From positions 1-24,331 of the IMG/VR virus record IMGVR_UViG_3300020044_002979: a stretch of 24,331 nt of DNA, one strand, 5' to 3'. Below the pieces are notes generated by a model. That model did no database searches and was not told where the DNA came from. It worked only from the letters and a program-made list of their open reading frames with translations. How positions within the stretch are numbered: position 1 is the stretch's first letter; each line of letters starts with the position of its first letter. The DNA is from a virus (taxonomy: Duplodnaviria > Caudoviricetes). A program made the translations under genes and the position numbers. Positions 23,972 through 24,331 of this stretch are shown piece after piece.

Positions 23972-24005
23972 AAAAAAGCCCCCCAAGGTTTCCCAAGGAG
24001 GGCTT
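23972..24005 (-). terminator. Intrinsic terminator after the major capsid gene
   Basis: GCCCTCC-TT-GG-GAAA-CC-TT-GGGGGGC followed by TTTTTT on the - strand. Confidence 0.85.
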
Positions 24006-24023
24006 CGGCTAGCTTACGCTATA

Positions 24024-24331
24024 TCAAGGCGTGAGGTCTGCCATGATGCCATGAGCAGCTTGGTTCTTGACTTCCAGAGTCAATTCAGCCAACAGTTGGG
24101 TCTTTTCGCTGTCACCAGTCTTAGCCAGTTCGATTGTCTCGAAAGGACGCAGGTAAGAAACTGCGGCCATGTCAGGATCAACCAAGAAAGCAACTTCGTT
24201 GCCGCCGTTGGTGCTGTTCATGAAGCGGTTAGGCACAACCGAGATAGTGCCGAAATCGCTCATGTACACATCAGCAGCGCCGATGATGGTGGTTGGCTCG
24301 TTGGAAGGAGCCATGTAACGCTGTGCAGCGA
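24024..24331 (-). CDS. Major capsid protein, C-terminal part (DUF5309-like), truncated by the window edge
   Basis: ADVYMSDFG...VPNRF, YLRPF...ELAKTGDSEK..L.E.TLEV.N..AHG..ADL. The frame is open to the right edge and a strong terminator follows. Confidence 0.88.
   Translation of the reverse strand, partial: AAQRYMAPSNEPTTIIGAADVYMSDFGTISVVPNRFMNSTNGGNEVAFLVDPDMAAVSYLRPFETIELAKTGDSEKTQLLAELTLEVKNQAAHGIMADLTP

Noticed and set aside
1-24331. Stop-codon reassignment
   Set aside because: Genes tile densely and intact under the standard bacterial code, and no suppressor tRNA is seen.

Overview
A 24.3-kb segment of a tailed dsDNA phage (Caudoviricetes) with a podovirus/P22-like virion module. A freshwater betaproteobacterial host is my inference only. 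The left arm (- strand, 1-4888) holds lambdoid-style replication and nin-like genes: a DUF1376/YdaU-type initiator, a P-like partner, RusA, a DUF1364-like protein and a glutaredoxin. A divergent control region at about 4890-4993 contains no repressor gene. It is followed by a short + strand operon (ERF, Gp157, SSB, MazG-like, DUF6378-like). That operon converges on a long - strand late operon: major capsid C-terminus, adaptor, LamG-repeat protein, gp10-like tail hub, three ejection proteins, an S74-chaperoned tail fibre and an expanded lysis region with a GH19 endolysin. The most notable unexplained signals are: (i) a promoter-proximal two-hairpin leader with perfectly complementary 7-nt loops whose second hairpin is a terminator abutting the replication-initiator RBS; (ii) a three-gene exported/membrane protein module inside the lysis cassette; (iii) a multibranch RNA with a loop-E motif after ssb; (iv) a duplicated promoter/leader cassette with exactly conserved spacing. 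All family assignments come from motif recognition, not database searches.
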